A stretch of DNA of 64,000 nucleotides, from assembly GCF_009914755.1 (NCBI RefSeq), contig NC_060926.1. One strand, 5' to 3'. How positions within the stretch are numbered: the first letter of the stretch is position 1; every line of letters begins with the position of its first letter. A model generated the notes under the pieces. It was not told the DNA's origin. It did not search any database and saw only the letters and a list, made by a program, of their open reading frames with translations. This DNA is from the human T2T-CHM13v2.0 reference genome, Homo sapiens. Shown one piece after another: positions 14,227 to 29,540 of the stretch. The position numbers were made by a program, and so were the translations under genes.

Positions 14227-17200
14227 GGGTATAGGTCCAAAAAAGGAGAGAAGAATTATTTTCCTTTTTAATAGAAGACCATATAGTGGACTAGTGCCAC
14301 TAAATATTTGTTCTGATATCATAAATGTCATCTTTGCCAGCTCTGTACTGGAATACAACAGGGATTATCTGCAAAAATAATTGTTGTTGGATATTACATT
14401 ATATTCTCCAATCAAATATAGTATTTTTTCCTTAATTGTAAATGGGTCATTCTTTCTATCATTTAACAATTCAAATTGATTTTTTACATGACTACACACC
14501 TACTTGCCTCATCCATCCACAACTAACTAAAATATATAAGTTTAATTTGACCATAGAATCAACAGAATTGTTCTGTTATTAATAATTTTGGGGGGTTTAA
14601 AGGTAAAAAAATAAAACTTTTAGTTACTTGTAAAAGTCAGATACATGAGCAAGATACTGATTTTGTTTTAAAAATGTGTGCATCTATTCCATAATAAGCA
14701 AATATCACTCATCCCAAGTCAGTTTTCATTCAATTATCACATAAATTACAAAGACAACCAGAAGCATCTTTCTTTTCTATATTTGGTGACATCAAGATGC
14801 TCCAATTGACTGAATATATTATGTTAGCACCGAATCTTGTTGGCAAGAGCGTTATCTGACAACCTCCGCATTCCTCACCCTACCATCTGTTTTCCTTGCT
14901 CCTTAGTCATAAGGAAAAAAATCTATTTTTTGTAACATCCATATCAAGCTAACCTAATCACAGATTTCCATTGACTTCAGAGAATACTCAGCATTTAGAT
15001 TATTACCGAGTGTGCAAAGAAAGATGTGAAAATGATTCAGAGAACTATGTAAGTGAAGCAGTGTCACCATTGGAAGAACATACAGATGCTCTTCTACATT
15101 CTGGATTCCAGTGAACTAAGGCCGAATATCATGTATTGAAATATATTGCAAAACAAGTTATTTTTAAGAGCAGATTGAAAGTACAAACTGACTTTCAATT
15201 ATTACTCTAGTAGATATGTTTTCACATATCATCCATTTGATTTGACAGCAGAGTCATACTGCAAATCAAGTTTGCCTTTGTAAATATATCAATCATTAAA
15301 ATTGCTACTGGCCTATATATTGATGACTTCATTACAACCAATACACTGGCCTTAACTTATACCTAATAGCTTCTTTCTCCTAACTCTTTCTAATGTCTTT
15401 GATCTCTAAACATACCATTAATCTGAATATATTCAATGTTTATGAGCACAGACTGTACAACATGAATAATAATTTCTAGTATGGGCTGTGTAATTATCTT
15501 AGGTTCATTCAGTCACCAGCAAGTTAATTAAGACCTTCTATGTCCTCTTGGTGTGCTTAGGTAAGATCTAGTCTTGGCTGTCAAGCAGCTTCCACCTTCT
15601 TGAATAGAGAATATACACTTTCAATATGTATATTTTTTTCTTTAAATGAACTCAAAAACTCCTCTTCAACAAGAGCAGTTGCTGAGAACTCAATATGTTC
15701 TCAATAGTTTGTTTAGAAGCAGCCACAATCCCTGTGCTGATGGTGATAGGCATAAGCTGATCATGTGGATGACTATATCTAGAAATACCTTGTCTCCAGC
15801 CATACGCACATAATTGTGCTCTTACTTGTATCACATGAACTTTCTCCATATTGGACATACTCTGAGGATAAAGACCCATTTTACTCATGTTTATATCCCT
15901 CCTTAATCTAACAGGATGCTTGGCACATAGAAAAAAAAATATTTAAGGAACACATTTTTTGAATATGAAGGAAATAAATTAACTCAAATTTCTAAATGGA
16001 TGCCCGTCAATCACCCATAGTTTATATTAAGTCAGTTTTGTGATTCTGTCATCTTCCATGTACTTTATATTACCCTACATAGGAACAGTATTTCCTTTGT
16101 TGTTTTTCCTCTTGAGTAGAAGCATTTGATCAAAAGATCTACAATTACAAACAAATATTTATCACCCTGACAAAAGAACATTATTATTCTATTCAGACAG
16201 CAGCTTTTGTAGCTGAGAGTTACAATAGAGTTCTGTGAAAATAGTCCACATCGGTTCCAGTCAAGGTATCTGCGGATTTATTGGGAATAATTTCAAAATG
16301 GCTCCACTGGTATATGGGACAGTGATAATTGTTGGACAAGGCATTTATGGTTTTCTGCAGTCTCAACTACTTTAGAAAACTTAGTAATCATCCAAAGCTA
16401 CTTCTTATGAATGATTGCAGCTTTCTTTCAGGCATTCAATGCAAGCCTCATTGATTCTCTTCATGATTTATTAAGCCAGGGCACTTTTGTGGTTAAGTGA
16501 CAGAATTCAGATTTCACTGTAATATCTTTTGTAATGGTTTTTAAAAAGCTTTATGGAAGAATATGAAGGTTGTACATTGCCTAAATTAAGTGTGTACTTA
16601 TTCAAACAAATGTGACTTGTTTTCAAACAATTTCAGAACTACTCCTAGCCGATGCTTACATCAGAGATAAAATTATTTGTCTTTGGGGTATAATTGAAAC
16701 ACTTAAGCAAAAACCGTCTGTATTTTTTACATTATTTTAACTAGGACTTAGTTGGAAATAGGATTATCCAATCAATAATGACCAAGATCTGGGGAACCAG
16801 GTGGGTTAAAATATTCAGAAAAGAGTAAGATAGGTGTTCATCCTCAGAGAGAAATAACATTTAAAGAATTTATAGGTAATAGGCCTCAGAAGAATCTAGA
16901 AGCCACTAGCGAAGACTAGACCACTGAGAATGGAAACAAAAAAGGAAATATATTTCTGAAGGATGGAGGACAGAGGAATGAAAGATTTTAGTTTAGTAGA
17001 ACTTGAATATTACCTGAAGAACTAAGAAAAAACCCAATTGTATGTTGATACAACAAGGTTGCAGTGGTTAGAAATGTAGTATACCTCAAGGTCCTCATCA
17101 TAGTCAATGAAAAGTCGTGTTACTAGGCTTGGTGTATAAAGTTAAAGTAGGATCAAAAGTCTGCTGGTGTTTGATCCTAAGGAAAATAATTAATAGCCCA

Positions 17201-17626
17201 GATATTTTTTTAACTTACCCAAAGGTTTCAGGTTCCATGGAAGAGCTAAATTTACCTAAGAAACCTAAAGGACTCCAACATCAAGGGTCAGAGGTCTGCA
17301 GCAGCACTAATTGCATTTATAGCCTCTTCTCTCTCCGTACTTCATGAAGGTCATGGACATCTAAGGGCATTTCAGGAAGAGAAGATGAAAATTGTAAAAC
17401 ATTAGTGGCTATCTCGAACTCTTTCTGTAAAAATGTGCAAAAAGAATGTATCTTTAGTTTGCTGATACATTTTGCTTTTTTAGAAAAAAAAATACAGGAA
17501 TTTCCTGGCCTTTCAACAAGGTGGAATGTTGGATAGAGGAAAGATTTATCTTCAGGTAGCATCATGATGAAGAGGTGACATTTTCATTGTCTTTAACTTA
17601 TCAAGAGATTCAGCTTACTACCTGGA

Positions 17627-17706
17627 GAAAGGAAGGAAAGTAGAGAGAGAAAGGGAAGGACTGAAAGACAGAGAGAGAGGGAGAGAAAGAGAAAGAAAGG
17701 GAGAGG
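17627..17706. repeat. GA-rich low-complexity tract
   Basis: GAAAGGAAGGAAAGTAGAGAGAGAAAGGG...GAGAGAAAGAGAAAGAAAGGGAGAGG. Confidence 0.8.
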
Positions 17707-20700
17707 CTCTTATGATTTTATTCTTTTCAACTACCACATCGTTATGTGTCACTCTTTAACTTTTTTCTTTTAAAAAGGCATTTTCTTTGGACTGGAGGGA
17801 ACAATAAGAAAAAGTAGAAAATAATGCTTTGAAAAGGAGCTTCAATAGCTGTAATAGTGAAATTATCCCCCCTTTTCCCTCTTCATCTTTCTCCACCTCC
17901 CTTAATAGTGTGAATTTGAAAAATCAATCCACAACTGCATATCGCTCCTCTCCCCTCCAGGTATGAAGAAACCAGTGTGTGACATGTACACGTAATTCAA
18001 AAAATATTTCTGAATGAGATCACTGCCTCTATGAAAAGGTTAATAAAAGTGAGCCTGCTGTGAGGAACTCATTACTTTATGCACAATGGGTATAGGGAGG
18101 CCAGTAATAAATTGTAATTAGCCATTTCATAATACATTTCATAAATAACACTGATTTGAATAACTAGGTTTTTTAAAAGAAACTCGATATGTTTCACCTC
18201 TCAAAATATTTAAAACATATAAATAAACTGAATAAATCTGTACTGACGATCCATTGCTGTTCAATGTAGGTTCTGTAAGAAACCACGTAAGGAATTAGGG
18301 AAGCAAAACCAAAGACTGGGAACCCCTGAAATTTTTGTGAGTTTATAAACATGCCATAAGTTGATTAATTTTCTTGCCCTTTTTGCCAGCTACCATGAGT
18401 TTTCTCTCTCTTCTGCAATTACAAACGTGCAAATATGATAGCCTCAATGGAATGTAGAAAGATGACTCTAGATCACTTAATAATGTATTCTTTTTGGGCA
18501 GATTCATACTCTTCTGACCTCTGTGAAAAGTTCAAATCCTTCTTTAGGTTTTTGACTTCAGTGTATGACCCTTGAGCCAGTGTTTTAAACTACCTGAGAC
18601 TATTTTATCATCTGTAAAAACAAAAGCGACAAAACCTATTTTACTATTCTTATGGATGTTTTCATGAAAAATAAGTGTGCATTATGTACCTTGAATAGGT
18701 TAAAGTAGAAGGTGTTGGGATTAATCATGGCATTCCAAATCACTTATTTCTCTAACTCTGAGGTCTCTTGAGTCTATTCCTAAAATATTATAAGACCATT
18801 CTGGGATATGAATTACCCCTGCCAGCCTTGAAAAGGATAATAAATACCACAGTAAAAATACAGTCTTCATTCATTCAGTAACTGTTTTGAACATCTACCA
18901 TTTGGTTCCAAGTATTATATCATTTGCTGTGTACAGTGATGAATGAAATAAACGTCATCATTACTTTGATGGAGATTATATCTAATGATGAAGCAAAAAA
19001 ATATATTTTACAGTACCTTTAGGAAACAATCATCTTTTACAAAGAAATAATAGGAAGCAAATGTTTACAATGTTAATCAATATGAATAACCAGTTTGTAT
19101 TAGACCAAAGCATGTTTCTTCTATGGACACCAAAAATTTAAGGATTGTAATTTATGATTTAATTATCATTCATACCTCTGGATGTTTTCTCACTTTATTT
19201 TGCTTGCCTGGACCCAGATGCATGTTCAGATGATGACTTTTTTTACTTGTATATAAAAAGACAATTTTAATGAGCTAAAACCTTGGTTGTCACTGACTAC
19301 ATTCTGAATGTTCTTCTCAAGGTCAGAGTGGCTGAGCTCTTCAATTCAGAAGCAGGTATATATGATCAATTTCCAAGGTTGAACACTGTTCACAAAACAT
19401 CTGGGGTATGTCTCCATGTCACCAAATCACTAGAGAGTCCTGTAATAAGACAGCCCATGGCCATTTCTGGCTGGAAATATGCCAAAAATACAAGTCACCC
19501 TAAAAAGTTCTGACCAAATGCCAAATGCTATTTCTGCTACATGAAACAATTCAACTGTCAACAAACCATTTTACAAGAATTTTACTTAAATTATTCCCTT
19601 GTGAGAAATCACTTGTCCTATAAAAACAGACTAAATTTTTAATTAGACCTATGAACAATTAAAAAACCATAGAGTCATTCAATTCTCTTCTGGGTTAGAT
19701 CATGGATTCCTAGCAGGTAGTAGAATAAAAGAACAGATCACAATATGTCTGTATGTGTATGTGTGTGTGTAAAATCAACAATTTATTCTTTTTCACTACA
19801 ATCTTTGAGTCTAGATTTGGACAAAATTTCCCAGCTAACTTGTGTCTGTAATCTACCAAAAGACAGACTTGGGGGAAAAAAGATATCAAGGCTGATTTAT
19901 AGCTCATCAAAATCATCCTACCAGTAGAGATTCATCAAGATCAACTGAGTAATGGTCCGACCAAGTTAGTGAAAGTCAATAAAGTGCTGACAGAGTACAT
20001 CTTAAACTTCAGAATTATAGCTTTGAATTGGTTAGCTAAGATAATTGATGTTATATTTGCCTCAATAAAACTTCAGTTCACCAGAAGATGAAAGAAAAGA
20101 GGTTCTGTCCATATGAGTTCTTCTCATTAACAAAACACAAAACAGAACACTTTTCTTGCAGGAATTTTTTCATTTCCCCCCTTTAATAAGTACGTAGAAG
20201 ATTGAATCTTTCCTGATACATGTTCTTGTTTTGCTTCAAGTTCCTTGATCTATCAAAGAAAGGCAGTTAAAGAAGCCACTTGATATATTAAAGACACACA
20301 CAAAAAAGTTCAGGGGGCATTGTAAAAGTTGTGAAAAACGGGGTTGATAATTTTAAAGTAAAGGATGTGAGAGATAACATAATGCAGTGATTAGACAGGT
20401 GCTGTGAGACAAGGCTTCCTAAATTCAATGTAACTCCCTAATTTCTTAGGTGTGTAGCATTGGGCAATGCTTTGGTTTCTTCAACAGGTTGTTATGAGGA
20501 TCAACATTTTAAAAGCTCTTTGAACGAGGCCTGCATTGGATTTACCATACTTTAAGTATTTCTTAAATAAATAATACACAGGGACAAATAATTTTCATAA
20601 ATGACTCATAATTGGCTTCTAAAGCCAAATGAAAACAAGACAAAACAAAAAAAATTTTTAAATATTTTGAATACAAACCACATCATTAGAATAAGAAAAT

Positions 20701-21420
20701 GACCTTTCCCAAGGTGACCACTTAGAACAAGCATTAATTTGAATGTATCAATAAGTAGAGGCATGTTTCTTAAAAGCTGTTTTCTCTTGAATCCCACCAC
20801 ATATGATGGCCTAGTTCTGTCTGATAATCATATCAAAGATTTTGTTTTAGTTGTTCAAATTCCTCTGGAAGAGGAAGAGAGCTTTGAAATCAGAAAAGTG
20901 AAATTTAGTGCATTAGACACAATAAGAGATTCTTCTTTTTAAAACTAATGAAATGTCATTACCTTTATAGTTAAAATCAAAAATGAATAGGATGAAGAAG
21001 AGCTATTAGGAGTCAGAGATAGAATTTATTACAACTAACTAGAAATATAGAAACACTAGAATTACTTAGCTGTTGTGTGTCTGAGTGATTAACAGTCTGC
21101 AGAAAGGTTTCTTTTTAAAAACTACTCTGCATATCACAATTTATATGAGTGGAAAAGCATAGTAATTTTTGCTTTCAACCCCAAAGAATCAGAATTTTGA
21201 AAGCTTATCTCTAAATTTCAGTTGTGAGCAACTGGCTAATTTAGAAATATTTCATATTTTAATTTGTTAAGTTATATTTCCCCAAGTCCAGAAAAGCAAC
21301 TGAAAAACAGAAAATCTATTAAAATAATGAGGGGCAGGGGCAGAATTTTGTTTCACTTTGTTTAATACACAGCAAATCAGTCACCTTTCTTTTGCTATAT
21401 TTTTATCTTACTCTATTTTT

Positions 21421-22040
21421 AAGTTAATTTAATTTTTAAATATTACTTTAAATTGACGAATAATCATACATATTCATGGAGTACATAGTGGTGTTTTGAT
21501 ACAGATAATCTATAGTGTTCAGATTAGGATAATTAACATTGCCATCATCTCAATCCTTTATCAATTCTTTGTGTTGGGAATGTTCAATATTTTTGTAGGT
21601 ATTTGAAAGTATATATTATTGTTAACTATAGTCATCCTATAGCATTGTAGAACACTAACACTTATTCCTGCTGTCTGGCTGTAATTTTGGATCCTTTTAC
21701 AAATTCCTTTCTTTCTCTCCTTTACCCCTACCCTTCCAGCCTCTAGTATCCTCTGTTCTACTTTTTACTTCTATGAGATCAACTTTTTTAACTTCCAAGT
21801 ATCAATCAGGACATATAGTATTTAACTTTCTGTTTCTTAATTATGTCGCTTAACATAATGTCCTTCAGTTCCACCCTTGTTGGCTCCAGGGGTGAGATTT
21901 CATTCTTTTACATAGTTAAATAATAGTATTCCATTGTGTGTGTGTGTGTATGTGTGTGTGTGTGTGTGTGTGTATATAAAATATATATATATACACACCA
22001 CATTTTCTTTATCCATTCATCTGTTGTTGAACACCTAGTT
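21421..22040 (-). mobile_element. L1MA-type 3'UTR fragment with internal (TG)n(TA)n
   Basis: GTTAACTATAGTCATCCTATAG, CCTTCCAGCCTCTAGTATCCTCTGTTCTACTTTTTACTTCTATGAGATCAAC and CACCACATTTTCTTTATCCATTCATCTGTTG. Confidence 0.85.
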
Positions 22041-22395
22041 TGTAGTTCTATTTTATTTTATTTTACCGTTAGCTTGTGGTTTTATCATTGACAGAGCCGG
22101 ACATAATCGGAGAATTTTCAGATGTAGAACTAATGTGTGCACATTATCATAAAAAGGTATCAACACATGATGACTATGCTAAAGGAAGAAATGACGTAGA
22201 AATTAGGATGATGGAAATTGTAAGTGGATTTAATGATTGTCAGTTTCCTCGGTGACCAACCTTCACCATATGAATAAAAATCTCCTGAGTCAAAAAAATG
22301 CTGACATCATCTTCCATTTCTCTCCCCTTTCACTGACTCTAGACCAATCCACTCCAGCTTCGTTGTTATCTCTTGAAATCACCACAACCCTGCTA

Positions 22396-22823
22396 TGTTA
22401 GTTAGGGCTCTGGGTTCTCCCGGGAAAAAAGACTAACAGGATGTAGAGAGATCGAGAGAGACAGAGAGAGAGAGAGAGAGGTGAGAGAGAGAAAGAGATT
22501 TATTTTACTGAATTGGTTTATACAACTGCAAAGATGCAAGTCCGAAATCCGCAGACTGAAGATCCAGGAAAGAGCTGCCATCTGAGTTCAAAGGTGGTCC
22601 GCTGCTCTCAGAAGTCCCTCTTGCCTGGGGGAGGTTATATTAGTCAGGCCTTTAATTGATTGAATGGGGCCTACTCACATTATGGAGAGAAATCTGTTTT
22701 ACTGAAAGTCAGCTGATTTAAATGTTAATCTTATCCAAAAAATATCTTCACAGAAACATTCAGAATAATGTTTGAACAGGTTATCTGGGCATATGGCCCA
22801 GCCAAGTTGACACATAAAACCAT
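22396..22823 (-). mobile_element. MLT2-family (C/D-like) ERVL solo LTR
   Basis: GGGTTCTCC...(GA)n...CACATTATGGAGAGAAATCTG...GGCCCAGCCAAGTTGACACATAAAA. Confidence 0.8.
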
Positions 22824-23115
22824 AGCATCTCCATATCCCACTCAAGGCCTCTGGCACCATTCTGTCTGGTGGCAATACCCCTTCACCAGGTATCTGTGCA
22901 ATGCTTTTCTTCTCTCCCCTCCTTCAGGTATCCCCATCATGAGTCTCTGTGGTACCCATCACCATTTGACTGATAATATGGTCACTTGTTTTTGTTTCTT
23001 TGTGTGTTTATTTTTGTTTAGTATTCACCTTCCCCACTAGAATGAGATAGGAGACATTGTCTATTTTGTTCACGACTGCTGTCCCACATCTTGAAAAGTA
23101 TTGGTACATTATAGG

Positions 23116-24039
<924 letters not shown>

Positions 24040-24319
24040 GAGGCACTCAATAAAGATTTATATATTTATGGAACATATTATTTTTCAATCAATTCATTCA
24101 TTATAAGGAGACAATCTCCACAATAAATGGAACAGCTGTGTTTTATACAAATGCTGAGGAGCATATCAGATAACTCTTCAGTATAACATATTGTCACTGT
24201 GCCGCCAGGTACATCACTTAATCTATGTAAAAGGTGCTTTCCAAATGGAACACTGTTAGAAACTCTGTATTTTTCTGACAGTGCATTGCTTTATCTTAAA
24301 TACTTTATATGGGCTCAAA

Positions 24320-25050
24320 TTATAGTGATTGGTTGCAAAAGTCACAACTCCTGAACAATAAGAACACATGGACACAGGGAGGGGAACATCACACACCGGG
24401 GCCTGTCGGGGGTGGGGGGCTAGGGGAGGGACAGCATTAGGAGAAATATCTAATGTAGGTGACAGATTGATGGCTGCAGCAAACCACCATGGCACATGTA
24501 TACCTATGTAACAAAGCTGCACGTTCTGCCCATGTATCCCAGAACTTAAAGCATAATAATAATAAAAAAAAAAAAGACATTAAAAAAAGGTCACAACTCC
24601 ATCTGGCTTAAGAAAACGGAAGACTGTATTACCTTATATAAGTGGAAAAATCCAAGAGTCAAAGCTGGTTTAAAAACGACTAGATTCAAGACTACAAAGA
24701 ATGTAGTTAAGAGTTAGTCTCAAAATCTCCAAATCTTGGCTCCATTTTTTCATTCTGTCCTGAATCAGTTCTGCCCTTATGGTGGCAAGATGGCCAATAG
24801 CTCTAGGCCTGAATGCATAAAGCTCAAAGTCTGCAGAAAAGAAAAAAATACCTCGTTGTCCCTCCATAATCACTTCAGGATTTTCTCTGATTAAAGTAAT
24901 TAAATTTTTAAATTAGATGTCTGTCTCTGAAAAGGTCTGTGTGTTTATATAAAAGGCAAAGCTCAAACGAGCCAGGCCTGGGTCACATTCCCACTGCCGG
25001 AACCAGGCACTGAGCCCGCTCTATCAAAGATGCATCATCTCTTAGAATGA
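24320..25050 (-). mobile_element. Old MLT1 (K/L-like) MaLR LTR remnant hosting an L1PA fragment
   Basis: TTGGTTGCAA...ATCTGGCTTAAGAAAA and CCAGGCCTGGGTCACATTCCCAC motifs. Confidence 0.5.
24352..24585 (+). mobile_element. Short L1PA (7/8-like) 3'UTR insertion
   Basis: GAACACATGGACACAGGGAGGGGAACATCACACACCGGGGCC...AGAACTTAAAGCATAAT plus polyA. TSD AAA(A/G)GTCACAACTCC at 24337-24351 and 24586-24600. Confidence 0.95.
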
Positions 25051-25062
25051 GTAAGAAGTGGA

Positions 25063-26008
25063 TTTTTTAAAATAAACTTTTCATTTCAGAATAGTTTTAG
25101 ATAGAGAAAAGTTGCAAAGAGTAAAAAGTTCCCACATATCCTGTACCCAATTCCCGCCATTGCTAACATTCTTCATTAGTTCAGTACATTTGTTCCAATG
25201 AATGAACCAATATTGATACATTATTACTAACAATAGTCCATGCTTTATTCAGATTTCCTAAATTGCATCTAATGTCTTTTCTGTTCCAGGATCCCATCAG
25301 AGATATCACATTACATTTAGTCATCATGCCTTCTTAGGTTACTCTTGGCTGAGACTACTTTTCACACTTGTTTTTGAAAAACTTGACAGTTTTGAAGAGT
25401 ACTGATCAGGTATTTTATAAAATATTTTTTAGCTTGGATTAGCCAGATATTTTTCTCATGCTTAGACTGGCATTATTTCTTTTGGGGAGGAACATCACAG
25501 AGGAAAATTGCCATTTCAACACATCATATCATGGGTATATGATATCAACATAACACCGATGATGTTAACTTTTATCACCTTACTGAGGTAGTGTTTGTGA
25601 GGTTTTTCCACCATAGAGTTACTTCCACCTGATTCCATTATGTACTCTTGCAAAGGGAGTTACTATGTGTGTACTGTCAGTGAGTGGGGAGCTATGCTCT
25701 ATCTCTTTGAGGGTAGAGTGTCTATGTAAATTATTTGGCCTTCTTTTGCATGGAATATATGCCTATTCTCCCCAACTTATTTATGTATTCAATCATTTGT
25801 TGATAGCAGTATAGACTCATGGATTGTTTTTTATGTTTTTAGTTATAATCCTGTGCTACATTCTTTATTTTGTTGTTCAAATTGTTCCAGCTTTGGCAAT
25901 TGGGCTCTTTTTCAGCTGGTCTCTGTATTGATTTGACATATCCTAACCTTGTGGGGCTTGAGTATTTTTTAGTACTTTCCTATTTTCTGACACAGTAAGG
26001 TGCTCTGG
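25063..26008 (-). mobile_element. L1MC/L1MD-type 3' fragment
   Basis: AATGAACCAATATTGATACATTATTACTAAC, CTGTTCCAGGATCCCATC and TTGTTGTTCAAATTGTTCCAGCTTTGGC. Confidence 0.75.
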
Positions 26009-26933
26009 TAGTGGAAGTTTAAGGACAATAATCAGAAGTATGGTAAATTACAATATGAAAAAAACAACTCAGGCCAAAGACAGGTATCAAATCCTCTATA
26101 AATAGAGCAAGAATATGTCTGTGAACTGAGCTCAGATTTGGATCCATAATGTATAATGTTTTGTTTTATTTTTTTCTAAATCAGAAAATTCTGACTTAGA
26201 GTTTCAGTTTATATATGCCATTGAATCATTTTTAAATTTTATTTAAGAAATCTTTTTACATAATTAAGCACTGAGGGTGACATTCCAACTCAAATGCTAA
26301 GGTCCATATTGACTGTGTTTCTTTCAGTTCACATATCCATTTTAATATTTAACATAGAATATCTTAAATGGAAGCTCACTTGCCTAAGCCAGCATTTAAA
26401 AAAAAAAACTTTCTTATTCATCTTTAAGTTTTCATATAACTCAAAGCTTTCATTTTTTAGAAAATGTTGTGTTCCATGTCAGATCCAAAAATCATGAATT
26501 ATCACAGTTTGATAGTAAACCATCCATTTTATTACATCAATCCCCATAAAATAGTTTCAGTTCTGGATCCTAATGTGTAAATGCTTATTGTAGCAGAACA
26601 AGGATAAGGCTGAGAATGAGAAACTTACTGTGCCAAGACTAATTCTGTGAAGATGATGATGAACTTGGTCTTTATCATTTCTCTAAAACCCAGTCCCCTC
26701 CTGTGTGTCTTCATCCAGTCACACTGTGACTCTTATAAATGAGTCAGGCTTTAAAATGACCATTTATCCTGCTAGCAATCCCTCAATCTAAAGTCAGTTT
26801 CTCTCAGTACCATATATTTACAGTTTATTAGCCAACGACTATTCTCCCTTAGAAAACATCTACCATGTACAAATAAAATGCTTTCTAGCTTAATAACATC
26901 TAACTGTATTTTTTCTATGTTAAAAGTATTATT

Positions 26934-27216
<283 letters not shown>

Positions 27217-27743
27217 GTATTATTATTGTTTATTATAATTGCCTACTAATTCCAGAAAGTTCTTAACTTTATTTTCTTTTATTGTGGAGCCAGTAGAAAG
27301 AAAAAAAGTACATCTCTGATTTGCTGGCTAGTGGGATTATTTTTGTAGAAATTTATATGCACTTTGAGAGGGTTGTTAAGTTCTGTGTATGTAGTATTCT
27401 CACAACTGCATAGCTCTCTCAGGTCATGTTTTCCCAGTATCAGCAATTTTTAAGGTTCTAGCTATTCTTATAGCCACATTCCAAAATACATTCTCTGTGC
27501 CGTTCCTCTTTTGTGTGTTTCTGTTTCTGAGTATCCTTACATAAAACTCTGATTGATGCCTTTACAGCTCTTCACATCCTCTGTGTGTGATCTGTTGACA
27601 ATTTTCACTGAATTAATGACTTCAAATGCAATTTCCATCCATAGCCAACAGGTATAATCCTTCTATTTCTTATGTCCATCTTTGAAGAGGTTTACCAGAG
27701 CAAGGCAGGAAAAAGGCAGTGATCAAATAATAGATAGATGAGT

Positions 27744-27766
27744 GTGTGTGTGTGTGTGTGTGTGTG
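27744..27766. repeat. (TG)n microsatellite
   Basis: Pure TG run. Confidence 0.9.
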
Positions 27767-28848
27767 ACTGTGACTGACACTTAGAACAAAACAGTATCGT
27801 ATTATGGGATCTGAAAAAATAATTGTTGTCTTCTACTTTCAGTTGGTTCCCACAGCAGTAGAAGTGCTGGGAGGTTGGGAGAGGTTAAACTACTCTCACT
27901 CTTGAATAAAATATCAGAGCAATCCCATGATTCCCCTCATCACCTAAGAGTGTCCATAGGAATTTAAAGTTACAAATACAATTTTAATTAAGTAAATAAA
28001 ATTACAAATCCCTGTGTAACAAGCAAATCTTCAAAATGTACTCAGGTGGATAGTCACCTGTAGAGGGAGTTGGGGTGGGGGAGGGTTGAAGACAGGAATT
28101 TTTAGTAGATTCACCATTCCATTCAAAAACATTCTTTCAAACTGCAGAAGCAAAATAAATGTCACATAATATTAGAATGTACAAACCTGAAGAGGATTAG
28201 TAAATGATGTAATTTCTAGAAATTTGAAGCAAGTGAAGAAACTTGAAACAAAGTGAATCATTTAATCCTGTCTTCCTCAGCAAGGTTAAAACTTTTCAGT
28301 AACTCTTTTCGATCCAGAGAACTAGAGTCACCTTGTCTAGGTTATACAAGATATGGCATAATTTGGCTCTTGAACTCCATCCTAGCTTTACTTTTCACTG
28401 AAACTTTCTTTGTATCCGCTTGCCATATAGAATAACTGGCAGTTCTCAAAATTCACCATGATATCTCAAAGCTTTCATTGACTATCATGCTGTTTCCTCT
28501 GCTTGGAATCTATCACTTCTGATGTAGCCATTACAAATCTCACTTTAGTATTACCGGATATTTAGAAACTTGCCTCTCCCATTGCATTCTGTTTCTTCAT
28601 CCTCTATGTTTTTTTTTTCATTGTTGTACCCTAAGTGCCTAGCAAGGTACATATCACCTACCAGATGTAAAATAAGTGCTCGTTAAATGGACAATTGAAT
28701 CCCATCTGTAATTGAAAAAGTATGTAAACTATGACCAAGCCTATGAGTATAAGAAAAAGGATCATAACAAAACAAAATGTCAAAAGTTGTATGACACATA
28801 CAATAATATACACACCTAGCTATTGATATTAGTGGTGACAATTATACC

Positions 28849-29303
28849 TGTAGTAGATTGTATATAATATCCTCCCAAAACGTATGTCCTCCTAGAACCT
28901 CACAATGTGACCTTATTCGGAAATATGGGCTTTGTAGATATAATTAGTTTAGTTAAGATGAGGTCATACTGGATTACAGTGGGTCCTAAATCTCATGAGT
29001 GGTGTCCTTATAGGAGGACAGGAGATTCAGAAGCACAGAGTGAAGAAGGCTGTATGAAAACGAGGGCAAAGATTGAAATGGTGCAGCTATAAGCCAAGGA
29101 CCACAAAGGAATTCCTGAAAAGCACCAAAAGCTATAAAGAGAAAAGAAAGGATTCTCCCCTGGAGACTTCAGAGAAACCATGGCCATACCAAGACCTTGA
29201 CTTTGGACTTCTAGCCTCCAGAAGTATGAGAGAGTAATATTTCTGATACTCTAAGCCACCCAGCTGATGGTAGTTTATAGTAACCCCCAAGAAAATAAAT
29301 ACA
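28849..29303 (+). mobile_element. MLT1C-like MaLR solo LTR (complete)
   Basis: TGTAGTAG...GTGACCTTATTCGGAAATA...GTTAAGATGAGGTCATACTGG...GGACTTCTAGCCTCCAGAA...AAATACA. 5-bp TSD ATACC/ATTCC. Confidence 0.9.
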
Positions 29304-29498
29304 ATTCCCAAAAAGTAATTTAAGTAATAATTATAAGTGATTAATATAGATTTTTGTGATTAATCTAAATTTTTCCCACATTTTTGTTCATGTCATGTAT
29401 AATTGGCATTGTTGAATGATCTTTTTGGTGGTAGGAACAGTTTAGCCCTCAGTTCTTTTTTGGACCCTGGCATGCAAACTCCTTACAAGCCAGACATT

Positions 29499-29540
29499 TC
29501 AGACCAGATCAGACATGTTTGGGGTGGTATGGCCGTAGAC
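29499..29540 (-). pseudogene. 3'-truncated (tailless) 5S rRNA retropseudogene, nt 1-42 of 5S
   Basis: Reverse complement GTCTACGGCCATACCACCCCAAACATGTCTGATCTGGTCTGA versus human 5S GTCTACGGCCATACCACCCTGAACGCGCCCGATCTCGTCTGA. 19-bp direct repeats ACAA(G/C)CCAGACATTTCAGA at 29485-29503 and 29541-29559. Confidence 0.92.
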
